Shown piece by piece: positions 19,919-29,676 of a stretch of DNA of 64,000 bases. The position numbers and the translations under genes were made by a program. This stretch comes from Alphaproteobacteria bacterium (lineage in GTDB: Bacteria > Pseudomonadota > Alphaproteobacteria > UBA6615): NCBI GenBank assembly GCA_965261975.1, contig CBDHEC010000024.1, positions 1-64,000 of the forward strand, written 5' to 3'. Below the pieces are notes generated by a model. It was given only the letters and a program-made list of their open reading frames with translations, did no database searches and had not been told where the DNA came from. Numbering within the stretch: position 1 is the stretch's first letter; the number at the start of each line of letters is the position of its first letter.

Positions 19919-19934
19919 CTAAGGAATGGTTAAC
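19919..19934. promoter_or_regulatory. CtrA-like binding site
   Basis: CTAA-GGAATGG-TTAAC, one mismatch from TTAA-N7-TTAAC, at the -35 position of the candidate sRNA. Confidence 0.5.
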
Positions 19935-19943
19935 GCCGCGCGC

Positions 19944-19978
19944 AAAAACGAAAAACGGGGCCCGAAACGGACCCCGCA
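19944..19978 (-). terminator. Intrinsic terminator after the DUF1013 gene
   Basis: Minus strand GCGGGGTCCG-ttt-CGGGCCCCGT followed by TTTTCGTTTTT. Confidence 0.75.
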
Positions 19979-20006
19979 TTCGCACTAATTATTTAGTATC
20001 AGGGAC

Positions 20007-20660
20007 TTAGTTGTCGCCCTGATTGTTCCCGCCGATACGCACATCGGCCATCCAATCGGGAATTCGGCTCTGCGCGGGCTCTTCTTCGGGGATCAAATCT
20101 GCGCTGATCGGACGGCGATCGTCGGCGGCCGGCGCGCGGCCCGCCTTGCGGCCCTTCTCGATCGCCTCGTCGAGATCGACCTGTCGGCAAAGGCCGATGG
20201 TCACGGGGTCACGGGGCTGGATCTGCGACGAGTTCCAGTGGGTCCGGTCGCGAATGGCGGTGATCGTGGGCTTGGTGGTGCCGATCAGCTTGCCGATCTG
20301 CGCATCGCTGAGCTCCGGGTAATAGCGCACCAGATAGGCGATGCCGTCGGGCTTGTCCTGACGCTTCGATACCGGAACGTATCGCGGGCCCTTGGTGCGT
20401 TTGACCGGTGCCGGGTTGTCCGATTCCTGAAGCACGAGGCGCGCCGCCGGATCGGCCTGGCAGCGCTCGATCTCGGACCACTCGACCTGACCGTTCGCAA
20501 CGGGATCGAGCCCGCGCATGCCAACCCCGACTTCGCCGTCGGCGATGCCCTGAATCTCGAGTTGGTGCATGCCGGTGAAGTCCGCGATCTGCGCGAACGA
20601 CAGCGACGTATTCTCTACAAGCCAAACCGCCGTGGCCTTCGGCATCAACGGAGGTGCCAT
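20007..20660 (-). CDS. trcR: DUF1013 RNA polymerase-associated regulator (TrcR family)
   Basis: PLMPKATAVWLVENTSLSFAQIADF, KGPRYVPVSKRQDKPD and IRDRTHWN motifs. Confidence 0.88.
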   Translation of the reverse strand: MAPPLMPKATAVWLVENTSLSFAQIADFTGMHQLEIQGIADGEVGVGMRGLDPVANGQVEWSEIERCQADPAARLVLQESDNPAPVKRTKGPRYVPVSKRQDKPDGIAYLVRYYPELSDAQIGKLIGTTKPTITAIRDRTHWNSSQIQPRDPVTIGLCRQVDLDEAIEKGRKAGRAPAADDRRPISADLIPEEEPAQSRIPDWMADVRIGGNNQGDN

Positions 20661-20786
20661 GAATTCTCCTTTCGCCGGTCGTCCGCGCCGCGCGCGTCCT
20701 AACCGGGCCAATTCGTCATCCCTGTGGGGTTGCGCCACTATATATGCGGCGATACGCCGAAATGCAAAGACCACCGCACATTGTCG

Positions 20787-21800
20787 TTATGACAATTCGA
20801 GGATGATCTTGCCGATATGGGTGCTGGTTTCCATCAACGCATGGGCCGCAGGCGCGTCATCCAGCGGAAATGTCGCATGAATAACGGGTGCGAGTTCACC
20901 CGCCGCGAACTTCGGCCAGACTTTCTCGCGCAACGACGTCGCGATACCGGCCTTCGTTTCTGCGGATTGCGGCCGCAGGGTCGAACCGGTCAGGGTCAAC
21001 CGGTTCATCATGATCTTCGCAAGATTGACCTCCGTCTTGGCACCCCCCATCAAGGCGATCTGCACGATCCGCCCGTCGGGCCGCAGCGAGGCGATATTCC
21101 GGGGGGTGTAGTCGCCGCCGACCATGTCCAGGATCACGTCGACACCCTTGCCGCCCTCGCTGTCGGCCGTGAGGGTCGCGATGACCTCGTCGAACGCCTC
21201 GGTCTTGTAGTTGATGGCCTTCGTCGCGCCGAGATTCTCGCAGAACTCGGCCTTCTCGGCGGTGCCGACCGTGGTGTAGACCGCCTCGGCGCCGAACGCC
21301 TTGCAAAGCTGGATCGCCGTGGTGCCGATGCCGCTGGAGCCACCATGCACCAGGAAACGCTCACCCGTCTTAAAACGCGCCCGGTCGAAGACATTCGTCC
21401 AGACCGTGAAGAACGTCTCGGGCACGCCGGCCGCCTGCACCATGTCGAGACCCTCGGGCACCGGCAGGGTCTGCGCGCCGGGGACCGCCACATATTCGGC
21501 ATAACCGCCGCCGGAAACCAGCGCACAAACCTTGTCGCCCACTTTCCAGTCGCCGGCGTCGCTGCCTGCCACGACGATTTCACCGGATACTTCGAGCCCC
21601 GGCAGATCCGATGCACCGGGTGGGGGCGGATAGAGCCCCTTGCGCTGGGCCACGTCGGGCCGGTTCACCCCGGCCGCCGCGACACGGACCAGGACCTCGT
21701 CATCGCCCGGCGCCGGCACGGGGCGATCGGTCGGCTTCAAGACCTCCGGCTCGCCGGGCTCGGAAATCTCTATCGCTCGCATTGTCTCCGGCAACGCCAT
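20787..21800 (-). CDS. NAD(P)H:quinone oxidoreductase, PIG3 family
   Basis: AAAGVNRPD, PETFFTVW, HGGSSGIG, GSTLR and HIGKIIL motifs. Confidence 0.92.
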   Translation of the reverse strand: MALPETMRAIEISEPGEPEVLKPTDRPVPAPGDDEVLVRVAAAGVNRPDVAQRKGLYPPPPGASDLPGLEVSGEIVVAGSDAGDWKVGDKVCALVSGGGYAEYVAVPGAQTLPVPEGLDMVQAAGVPETFFTVWTNVFDRARFKTGERFLVHGGSSGIGTTAIQLCKAFGAEAVYTTVGTAEKAEFCENLGATKAINYKTEAFDEVIATLTADSEGGKGVDVILDMVGGDYTPRNIASLRPDGRIVQIALMGGAKTEVNLAKIMMNRLTLTGSTLRPQSAETKAGIATSLREKVWPKFAAGELAPVIHATFPLDDAPAAHALMETSTHIGKIILELS

Positions 21801-21921
21801 GGTCACCCTCCGTTTCAGGTCTCATCCGTTCTGATGGTTGCGGGCGCAATCTAGGCGCGTCAAACTTGATGCACAACGACTAGCCGCAATGCGGATACGC
21901 GGGCGCGGCAGGGAGGCGAAT

Positions 21922-22119
21922 ATGAGTGCGGACGACGATCTTGAACCGACATTCCAGGGGCACCCGGGTGATTTCAGCGAGATGAAGGTCGAAGCTCTAT
22001 CGATTGAAGAGTTGAAAGCCTATATCGAGCACGCCAAGCAGGAGATCGTGCGCGCCGAGACCGAAATCGCCAGCCGCGAATCATTGCGTGGCGACGCCGA
22101 CGCGCTCTTCAAGAGCTAG
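21922..22119 (+). CDS. DUF1192 family small protein
   Basis: LSIEEL..YI.....EI.R.E.EI.......DADALFK; GGGAGG RBS. Confidence 0.8.
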   Translation: MSADDDLEPTFQGHPGDFSEMKVEALSIEELKAYIEHAKQEIVRAETEIASRESLRGDADALFKS

Positions 22120-22187
22120 GGTTAGAAGTCAGAGTTCACGTTTGATATAGAAAACTAGCGCCGGTCAACGGACGCTGGGAGGAAAGC

Positions 22188-23819
22188 ATGGCCAATCATT
22201 TCGAAATCGACCTGGACAAGAATGCGGCGAACTACAACGCGCTGTCGCCGTTGAGTTTCATCCGACGCTCCGCAACGGTCTATCCAAACCGTGCGGCCGT
22301 TGTGCATGGCGAGACCAGCTATACCTATGCCGAATTCTACGCGCGTTCCCGGCAGCTCGCCTCCGCGCTCAGCAAGCGCGGCATCGGCGTCGGCGATTGC
22401 GTCGCGATCATGTCACCCAATACGCCGCCGATGCTGGAGGCCCATTTCGGGGTGCCGATGACCCGCGGCGTCATCAACGCGCTGAACTACCGGCTCGACG
22501 CGAAGGCCATCGCATTCATCCTGGACCATGGCGAGGCGAAAGTACTTCTGACGGACACCGAATTCGCACCGGTCATCAAGGAGGCGCTCGAACTGGCCGA
22601 GGTCGACCCGATCGTCATCGACATCGACGACCCCGAAGGCCCGGGCGGCGAGAAACTTGGCGAGATGGACTATGAGGCGTTCATCGCGACCGGCGACCCC
22701 GACTTCGAATGGTCGCTGCCCGATGACGAGTGGGATGCCATCGCGCTCAACTACACCTCGGGTACCACCGGCAACCCCAAGGGCGTGGTCTTCCATCACC
22801 GTGGCGCCTACCTCAACGCGGTCGGCAACGTTTTCACCTGGGGTGCGACGGGCGGCCCGGTCTATCTGTGGACACTGCCCATGTTCCATTGCAATGGCTG
22901 GTGCTTCACCTGGGGTGTCACCGCCGTGGCCGGCACCAATGTCTGCCTGCGCAACGTGAATTCCGCGTCGATCTATGAAGCGATCGCCGCCAAGGGCATC
23001 ACCCACCTGTGCGGCGCCCCGATCGTCATGCAGATGATCGTCAACGCGACCGACGAAGATCGTCGCCCCTTCGATCAGCAGGTCGAATTCATGACAGCGG
23101 CGGCGCCACCGCCGGCTGCCGTTCTCGCGGCCATGTCCGAGGAAGGCATCAATGTCACCCATGTCTACGGGCTGACCGAGATCTACGGGCCAGCCATCAT
23201 CTGCGCCTGGCAAGACGAGTGGGATGGCCTGCCCCTGGAAGAGCGGGCGCGCCTGCAATCGCGCCAGGGCGTGCCCTATGAGGTGCTGGAAGACATGATG
23301 GTCGCAGACCCCGAAACACTGGTTCCGGTCCCGCAGGACGGCGAGACCATGGGCGAGGTCTTCACCCGCGGCAACGTCACGATGAAGGGCTATCTCAAGA
23401 ACCCCAAGGCAACCGGCGAGGCCTTTGCCGGCGGCTGGTTCCACACCGGCGACCTGGGTGTCTGGCATGCCGACGGATATGTTGAGCTCAAGGATCGCTC
23501 GAAGGACATCATCATCTCCGGCGGCGAAAACATCTCGTCCATCGAGGTCGAGGACACGCTATACAAGCATCCCGCCGTTGCGGCGGTGGGGGTTGTCGCC
23601 CGGCCGGATGAGAAATGGGGCGAAACGCCCTGTGCCTTCATCGAGCTCAAGCCCGGTGTCGAGGCCACGGAGGAAGAGATCATCCAACATTGCCGGGACA
23701 ACCTCGCGAGCTTCAAATGCCCACGATACGTGGTGTTCGGCCCGTTGCCGAAGACATCCACCGGCAAGATCCAGAAGTTCAAGCTCCGCGACCAGGCGGT
23801 CGCGCTTGCAGCGGAATAA
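22188..23819 (+). CDS. Acyl-CoA synthetase (medium-chain / DmdB-like)
   Basis: YTSGTTGNPKGV, YGLTE, GWFHTGDL, KDIIISGGENISS and PKTSTGKIQK motifs. Confidence 0.92.
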   Translation: MANHFEIDLDKNAANYNALSPLSFIRRSATVYPNRAAVVHGETSYTYAEFYARSRQLASALSKRGIGVGDCVAIMSPNTPPMLEAHFGVPMTRGVINALNYRLDAKAIAFILDHGEAKVLLTDTEFAPVIKEALELAEVDPIVIDIDDPEGPGGEKLGEMDYEAFIATGDPDFEWSLPDDEWDAIALNYTSGTTGNPKGVVFHHRGAYLNAVGNVFTWGATGGPVYLWTLPMFHCNGWCFTWGVTAVAGTNVCLRNVNSASIYEAIAAKGITHLCGAPIVMQMIVNATDEDRRPFDQQVEFMTAAAPPPAAVLAAMSEEGINVTHVYGLTEIYGPAIICAWQDEWDGLPLEERARLQSRQGVPYEVLEDMMVADPETLVPVPQDGETMGEVFTRGNVTMKGYLKNPKATGEAFAGGWFHTGDLGVWHADGYVELKDRSKDIIISGGENISSIEVEDTLYKHPAVAAVGVVARPDEKWGETPCAFIELKPGVEATEEEIIQHCRDNLASFKCPRYVVFGPLPKTSTGKIQKFKLRDQAVALAAE

Positions 23820-23842
23820 CCGGGCGCAGCCCCCAAAACAAC

Positions 23843-23875
23843 AAAGGCGGCTCTTTCGAGCCGCCTTTCATTTTC
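23843..23875. terminator. Probable bidirectional terminator
   Basis: AAAGGCGGCTC-tttc-GAGCCGCCTTT between convergent genes. Confidence 0.75.
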
Positions 23876-23903
23876 TGCACATGCGTACGAGGCTGAAACC
23901 GGG

Positions 23904-24071
23904 TCAGGTTTCCTGCAGGCTCGTGATGGCGTCTTTCAGTTTGAGCTTTTCTTTCTTCAATTCCGAAATCGTTGCCTGATCGGGAATGGGGCGCTGATTT
24001 TCGCCTCCGATCTCCTCGTCCAGGGTGGCGTGCTTGCGCTTCAGATTCTCAATCCTGACATCCATCGTCAC
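23904..24071 (-). CDS. DUF465/YdcH family protein
   Basis: RIENLKRKHATLDEEI...ELKKEKLKLKDAI; GTG start with AAGGAG RBS. Confidence 0.82.
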   Translation of the reverse strand: MTMDVRIENLKRKHATLDEEIGGENQRPIPDQATISELKKEKLKLKDAITSLQET

Positions 24072-24269
24072 GTGACGTGTCTCCTTGTTCAAGAGCTGGG
24101 GCTAATCCAAAAGATCACGTTCAAATGCTAGGCTGATTCACTGTTGGTTGGGAAGGATTCATGCAACCCCTCACCGAGCCCGTTTATCGAGAACCGGCAC
24201 GAGCGCCACCACGCGGACCCGGACTGTTATACTTATCGACAACGACCCAACCAGCACCGGACACCGACT

Positions 24270-24485
24270 TTGTCGAACGACACCCCATCGGATCAGGAAA
24301 CCCTGCGCATTCGCCTGAGCCAACTGCAGACCGAGCACCGTGACCTCGATGACGTAATTGCACGCATCACCGATACCCAGCCGTTCGATCAGCTGCAAAT
24401 TCAGCGCCTGAAAAAAAGAAAACTCGGTTTAAGGGACGAGATTCTGCAGATCGAAAACGAACTGCTGCCCGACATTATCGCTTAA
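24270..24485 (+). CDS. DUF465/YdcH family protein
   Basis: EHRDLDDVI...QRLKKRKLGLRDEI...LLPDIIA; the TTG start is uncertain. Confidence 0.82.
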   Translation: MSNDTPSDQETLRIRLSQLQTEHRDLDDVIARITDTQPFDQLQIQRLKKRKLGLRDEILQIENELLPDIIA

Positions 24486-25231
24486 TCGCCGATCGCGCGG
24501 CCTTGCTTCTGCTCATACATGGCCTGATCGGCCCGCTGCAGCGCCTCACCGGCGTCTTCGGTGCCGGAGAAGGAATACACACCAAAGGACACGGACAATT
24601 TGATCGCACTGCCCTCCCAGTCGAGTGGCGTGGCAGCGATCAGCGCCGAAAGCGAAGCCGCCTTCTCCGCCGCAACCTCGGGTGAAGCCTGCGCCAGGAT
24701 CACACCGAACTCATCACCACCGAGCCGTCCGACGATATCGGATTCGCGAACATTCTCGGCCAACAGTTCGGCAATCTGGCGCAGCGCCGCATCGCCTGCG
24801 GCATGCCCGTGCTGATCGTTTATTTCCTTGAACCCGTTGATGTCGAAATAGAGGACGCTCGAACCGGCGCCATAGCGCTCGGCATAGGCCACCATGCGGC
24901 TCATCTCGCGCACAAAGGCCCGCCGGTTCGCCACCGGTACCAGCGTGTCTTCATCCGCCAGCTTTTCAAGATAGTTGATCCGGTGCCGGGCCTGGCTCAG
25001 CTCCTCGCGCATCCGCTGGACTTCCGTCATCAGCAGATCGAGCGCCTGGCGCACCTTCGGCGTGAGATCGTCTTCGCTCAGGCCCGCGATCGTCGCAACA
25101 TCACCCGACGGCGCGCTCGCCTGATCGGCGCCCGCGACACCATAGGGCTGCGCAGCCTGCGCCGCCTGGTTCGGAGCGCGAACCGGTTTTGCCGCATTCG
25201 TGCGGCCGGGTTGCGTGCGTTCGATCTTCAT
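24482..25231 (-). CDS. Diguanylate cyclase (GGDEF) with disordered N-terminus and coiled coil
   Basis: DTL...NRRAF, FKEINDQHGHAAGD, RESD I-site, GGDEF and RADQAMY motifs. Confidence 0.92.
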   Translation of the reverse strand: MKIERTQPGRTNAAKPVRAPNQAAQAAQPYGVAGADQASAPSGDVATIAGLSEDDLTPKVRQALDLLMTEVQRMREELSQARHRINYLEKLADEDTLVPVANRRAFVREMSRMVAYAERYGAGSSVLYFDINGFKEINDQHGHAAGDAALRQIAELLAENVRESDIVGRLGGDEFGVILAQASPEVAAEKAASLSALIAATPLDWEGSAIKLSVSFGVYSFSGTEDAGEALQRADQAMYEQKQGRAIGD

Positions 25232-25438
25232 CCAAACCCCGTCGGGGTGATACCAAAAGCTGGCAAACAACTGGATTGCCACAAAAATACGCTGCTCGAC
25301 ACTATTCCGAAAGTGGTTAACAAATGTTTGCGGTGTGTCACGAAACGGGCCCCTTCGGCATCGCCGCGCTTGCCACGCCGGTCCGCGTTCCTATAATCCC
25401 CGCCTTTCCGGGCCAGAAGCCCCCCTAAGGAGATGCAC

Positions 25439-25933
25439 ATGGCCGATGCGCCGGTTGTCGGAATTATCATGGGAAGCCAGTCCGACTGGGAAACCATGCA
25501 TCATGCCGCCGAAACTCTCGAGGCTCTCGGCGTTGCCCATGAGTTCAAGATCGTCTCCGCCCACCGCACCCCCGACCGCATGTCCGAATATGCGAAGACG
25601 GCGCGCGAACGTGGTTTGAAAGTGATTATCGCGGGCGCCGGCGGTGCCGCCCATCTGCCCGGCATGACCGCCGCGATGACCAGCCTCCCGGTCTTCGGCG
25701 TGCCGGTGGAGAGCAAGGCCCTTTCCGGCATGGACAGCCTGTTGTCGATCGTCCAGATGCCCGCCGGGGTGCCGGTGGGCACGCTCGCGATCGGCCGCGC
25801 CGGCGCGATAAACGCCGCTCTGCTGGCCGCGTCCGTGGTCGCGCTCGAGGACGCCGGTGTGGCGCGCGCCCTGGATGCCTGGCGCGCGGACCAGACCGAC
25901 GCGGTGGCCGACGCCCCGACCGGCGATTCCTGA
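25439..25933 (+). CDS. purE: N5-CAIR mutase
   Basis: [16 protein letters not shown] and [11 protein letters not shown] motifs. Confidence 0.97.
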   Translation: MADAPVVGIIMGSQSDWETMHHAAETLEALGVAHEFKIVSAHRTPDRMSEYAKTARERGLKVIIAGAGGAAHLPGMTAAMTSLPVFGVPVESKALSGMDSLLSIVQMPAGVPVGTLAIGRAGAINAALLAASVVALEDAGVARALDAWRADQTDAVADAPTGDS

Positions 25934-25937
25934 GATC

Positions 25938-27047
25938 ATGCCCGATCAAGACAGCGGCACCGCGATCCTGCCGGGCGCCACAATCGGTATTCTCGGCGGC
26001 GGCCAGCTCGGCCGCATGACCGCGCTGGCGGCGGCCAACCTCGGTTATCGGTGCCACATCTTCTGCCAAGGCGCCGATGAACCCGCCGCACAGATCGCGA
26101 GCCAGACGACACTGGCCGCCTTCGACGATACCGACGCGCTGGACGCCTTTGCCGCCGCCATCGACGTCGCCACGCTGGAATTCGAGAATGTTCCCATCGC
26201 GACCCTTGAGCGGATCGCGGCACATGTCCCCATGCATCCCGCACCGTCGGTCCAGGCCGTGGCCCAGAACCGGCTCCGCGAGAAAACATTCGCCAACGAT
26301 CTGGGCATCGCCACCGCGCCCTTCCGCGCCGTCGCCGATGCGCGGGAGCTCGCCGACGCCATCGCCGACATCGGCACGCCCTCGGTCCTCAAGACCGTCC
26401 GCTTCGGCTATGACGGCAAGGGCCAGGTCGGCATTGATGCGGCCACCGACCCCGACACGGCTTGGAGCGACAGCGGTGCGGGGCCCGACACCGACGGCGG
26501 CGTTCTGGAGGGTTTCGTCGATTTCGACTGCGAGATTTCCGTGATCGTCGCGCGTGGGACGAACGGGCAAACGGCCGCATTCGTGCCCGTCGAGAACAGA
26601 CACCGCAACCACATCCTCGACGAGACCATCGTCCCCGCTCCCATTTCCGATTCCACCGCCGAGGCGGCACGCGAGGTTGCCATCAAGCTGTGCGAGGGCC
26701 TGGACGTCGTCGGTCTGCTGGCGATCGAGATGTTCGTCACGACGGCGGGCGAAATCCTGGTCAACGAGGTCGCCCCGCGGCCCCACAACTCCGGGCACTG
26801 GAGCATCGATGCCGGGCGCACCAGCCAGTATGAGCAGCTCGTGCGTGCCATCTGCGGCCTGCCGCTGGGCGATCCCACGCGGCGCTGCGATGCCGTGATG
26901 AAGAACCTCATCGGCGACGATGTCGAGACCTGGCAGCAGGAGATCGCGGACCCCCGCGCACGCCTGCACCTCTATGGCAAGACCGAGACCCGTGCGGGCC
27001 GCAAGATGGGGCACGTCACCCGGCTGGGCGCGGCGTTTAGCGAATGA
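25938..27047 (+). CDS. purK: N5-CAIR synthase
   Basis: GILGGGQLGRM, GYDGKGQ, NEVAPRPHNSGH and GRKMGH motifs. Confidence 0.96.
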   Translation: MPDQDSGTAILPGATIGILGGGQLGRMTALAAANLGYRCHIFCQGADEPAAQIASQTTLAAFDDTDALDAFAAAIDVATLEFENVPIATLERIAAHVPMHPAPSVQAVAQNRLREKTFANDLGIATAPFRAVADARELADAIADIGTPSVLKTVRFGYDGKGQVGIDAATDPDTAWSDSGAGPDTDGGVLEGFVDFDCEISVIVARGTNGQTAAFVPVENRHRNHILDETIVPAPISDSTAEAAREVAIKLCEGLDVVGLLAIEMFVTTAGEILVNEVAPRPHNSGHWSIDAGRTSQYEQLVRAICGLPLGDPTRRCDAVMKNLIGDDVETWQQEIADPRARLHLYGKTETRAGRKMGHVTRLGAAFSE

Positions 27048-28279
27048 ACCCAATCAACGCTCCCGGCGCTGACGGGTCCGCGCGGGGTCGCCAGACCTGG
27101 ATCGTTCTCGTCAGCGCGCTGGCCGTCATCGTCATTTCCGCCGGCATCCAGCAGACCTTCGGCCTGTACATGTTGCCGATCAGTGCCGAACAGGGATGGG
27201 GCCGCGAAATTCTCTCGCTGGCGCTCGCCGGCCAGGCACTCATCATCGGCCTGGCGACACCCTTCGTTGCCGCCGTCGCGGATAAATGGGGGTCACCCCG
27301 CGTGCTCGCGGCGGGCGGCCTGCTCTACGTCGCCGGCCTGGTGTTCATGTCCCAGTCGGTCACGCCGGTGGCGATGTTCGTGAACGCCGGTTTCCTGGTC
27401 GGCTTCGCCGCCGCCGCGACCGGCATGCCGCTGGTCCTGTCGATCGTCAGCCGCAATGTCAGCGCCGAGAAGCGCAGCGTGTGGCTCGGCACCGTGACGG
27501 CCTGTGGCACCCTGGGCCAGTTTCTCATCGTCCCCTTCAGCCAGCAGATGATCTCCGCCTATGGATGGCCCGTCGCACTGATCGCGGTCGCCTGCATCGT
27601 CAGCCTCATCGTGCCGCTGGCACTGGCCATCCGCCGGACAAGCAGCAACAGCGTAGAAACACCATCGACGCAGAAGCTCGGTGAAGCGCTTGTCGAGGCG
27701 CGCAGCAATTCCGGTTACATTTTGCTGGTTATCGGGTTCTTCGTCTGCGGTTTCCACGTCCGTTTCATCGCCGTCCACCTGCCGGCCTATCTCGGCGACC
27801 TGGCCTTCACGCCCAAGCTGGCGGCGACCGCGCTGGTCGTCATCGCCGTGTGCAACGGCATCGGTTCGTGGGGGTTCGGCTGGCTCGGCGGGCGCTATCG
27901 CAAGAAGCACCTGCTTTCCGGTCTCTACACGTTGCGCTCACTGGTGATCTTCGCATTCGTGACCACGCCCCCGAGCACGGCCAGCATCATGATCTTCGCC
28001 GCGGCCATCGGCTTTCTCTGGCTCGGAACGGTGCCGCTCACGAGCGGCATCGTCGCGCAGATCTTCGGCACCCGCTACATGGCGACCCTGTTCGGCATCG
28101 TCTTCCTCAGTCACCAGATCGGCGCATTCCTGGGCGTCTGGCTCGGCGGGCGCGTGTTCGATACGACCGGCTCCTACGAGACCGTCTGGTGGATCGCGAT
28201 CGTCCTCGGTCTCGTGACGGCTGCCGTGCACATGGCGATTGATGACCGGCCGGTGATGCGGTTGCGGGCGGCCCGGTAA
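27044..28279 (+). CDS. MFS transporter
   Basis: About 12 hydrophobic segments; GFFVCGFH and FLSHQIGAFLG motifs. Confidence 0.88.
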   Translation: MNPINAPGADGSARGRQTWIVLVSALAVIVISAGIQQTFGLYMLPISAEQGWGREILSLALAGQALIIGLATPFVAAVADKWGSPRVLAAGGLLYVAGLVFMSQSVTPVAMFVNAGFLVGFAAAATGMPLVLSIVSRNVSAEKRSVWLGTVTACGTLGQFLIVPFSQQMISAYGWPVALIAVACIVSLIVPLALAIRRTSSNSVETPSTQKLGEALVEARSNSGYILLVIGFFVCGFHVRFIAVHLPAYLGDLAFTPKLAATALVVIAVCNGIGSWGFGWLGGRYRKKHLLSGLYTLRSLVIFAFVTTPPSTASIMIFAAAIGFLWLGTVPLTSGIVAQIFGTRYMATLFGIVFLSHQIGAFLGVWLGGRVFDTTGSYETVWWIAIVLGLVTAAVHMAIDDRPVMRLRAAR

Positions 28280-28323
28280 CGGGAAGGCGCTCGCCTGCGG
28301 AAGGCGTCTGAAGGCAGTCTCGA

Positions 28324-28995
28324 CTACCCCACCCCGCGCTCACGCAAACGCTCTGACACCAGCCGGGCGAACCGCTTCGGGTTCGGCAGATACCCGGTCG
28401 CGCGACGAAAATTCTCCCGGCGTTTCGGGATTTGCATGACCCCGGCGATGCGACGGTCGAGAAATTCCCACGTCGCCTCGCTGTCGTCGGACGCGTCGTC
28501 GAGCCAGTAGAGCAGCGTCGAGGAATAGACCCCGGCCAGGGTCAGGCGCTTGGTGTAGAAGTTGAAGTCCGTCGCCCGGTCGCCGGCCGCGTACCACATC
28601 TCGTCGACGGTCCGGTACAAGCATTTGAGGCCGCGCCCGCTGTGCTGGGGCTGTGCCAGATAGGTGAGCGCCCGGCGCACCGCCTCCCGATGCTCGGCGA
28701 TGGCCCCGATACGGGCCCGCACCAGGAACGTGATCCGGTCGCGGAAACGCATCCCGTCGCCATCTTCGTCGGCATAGGCCGCGACCATCGCTGAATCGGC
28801 CTCCGCGCTCCAGAAGGCGATCAACTCGGCGAGCCCGCCGGGAAAGGCAAATTCTGCCAACGCCGGATCAAGATCCGTGTCCGCCATGGCGGCACGCAGG
28901 GACTTCGCCGACCAGCCGTCGAAGGGCACATGGGGCAGGATCGCGGCGAGGATCGCGCGCTTCTCATTCAGCATATGGGGGGCGTCAGTCGTCAT
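28324..28995 (-). CDS. COQ9-family ubiquinone biosynthesis protein
   Basis: HVPFDGWS, FPGG, AGDRATDFNFYTKR, D.S.D...TW.FLDRRI motifs. Confidence 0.88.
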   Translation of the reverse strand: MTTDAPHMLNEKRAILAAILPHVPFDGWSAKSLRAAMADTDLDPALAEFAFPGGLAELIAFWSAEADSAMVAAYADEDGDGMRFRDRITFLVRARIGAIAEHREAVRRALTYLAQPQHSGRGLKCLYRTVDEMWYAAGDRATDFNFYTKRLTLAGVYSSTLLYWLDDASDDSEATWEFLDRRIAGVMQIPKRRENFRRATGYLPNPKRFARLVSERLRERGVG

Positions 28996-29548
28996 CTGCC
29001 TCGCCGGCCGCCTCTTCCGCCTGGCCCTTGCCCAACTCCTCGACGAAGCCGAACTGGGACATGTCCTCGATCCGGCTGGGATAGAGAATGCCGTCGAGAT
29101 GGTCGCATTCATGCTGGATCACCCGCGCGTGGAAGCCTTCCGCATCAAAGGAAATCTCTTCGCCTGCGAGCGTCCGATGGGTGACATGCACCTTGTCGTA
29201 ACGCCGCACGGCACCGGCCATGCCGGGAACCGATAGGCAGGCCTCGAAGCCGAGATTGGTCTCTTCGCCCACCGGCGTCACGACCGGATTGACCAGGACC
29301 GTCAGCGGCACGCCGCCATCCGCCTCATTGTCTTCATCCGCCGCGCGCTCGGCCTCGACCTTGTAGACCACGATCCGCCAGGGCATGTGCACCTGGGGGG
29401 CCGCAAGGCCGGTCCCGTCCGCATCGTCCATCGTTTCGATAATCGCGTCGACGAGGCGGGAGACCTCGGGCGCCGTCGGATCGGGTACGTCGTTCGCGCG
29501 GGTGCGCAGGATCGGATGTCCCATACGGGCTATCTTGAGTATCGCCAT
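28985..29548 (-). CDS. def: Peptide deformylase
   Basis: GTGLAAPQ, EACLSVP and QHECDHLDG motifs. Confidence 0.95.
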   Translation of the reverse strand: MAILKIARMGHPILRTRANDVPDPTAPEVSRLVDAIIETMDDADGTGLAAPQVHMPWRIVVYKVEAERAADEDNEADGGVPLTVLVNPVVTPVGEETNLGFEACLSVPGMAGAVRRYDKVHVTHRTLAGEEISFDAEGFHARVIQHECDHLDGILYPSRIEDMSQFGFVEELGKGQAEEAAGEADDD

Positions 29549-29676
29549 GGGCTGAATATGCGTTCGCGGCCCGTCCGCGTAAAGGCCCCGGCCGACACGC
29601 ATTAACACAAGGCTCGCGCCTGTCCGGAAGATGGCGCTATCCTCATGCATCCGAATTCCCGATGAGGAGCGGCGCC

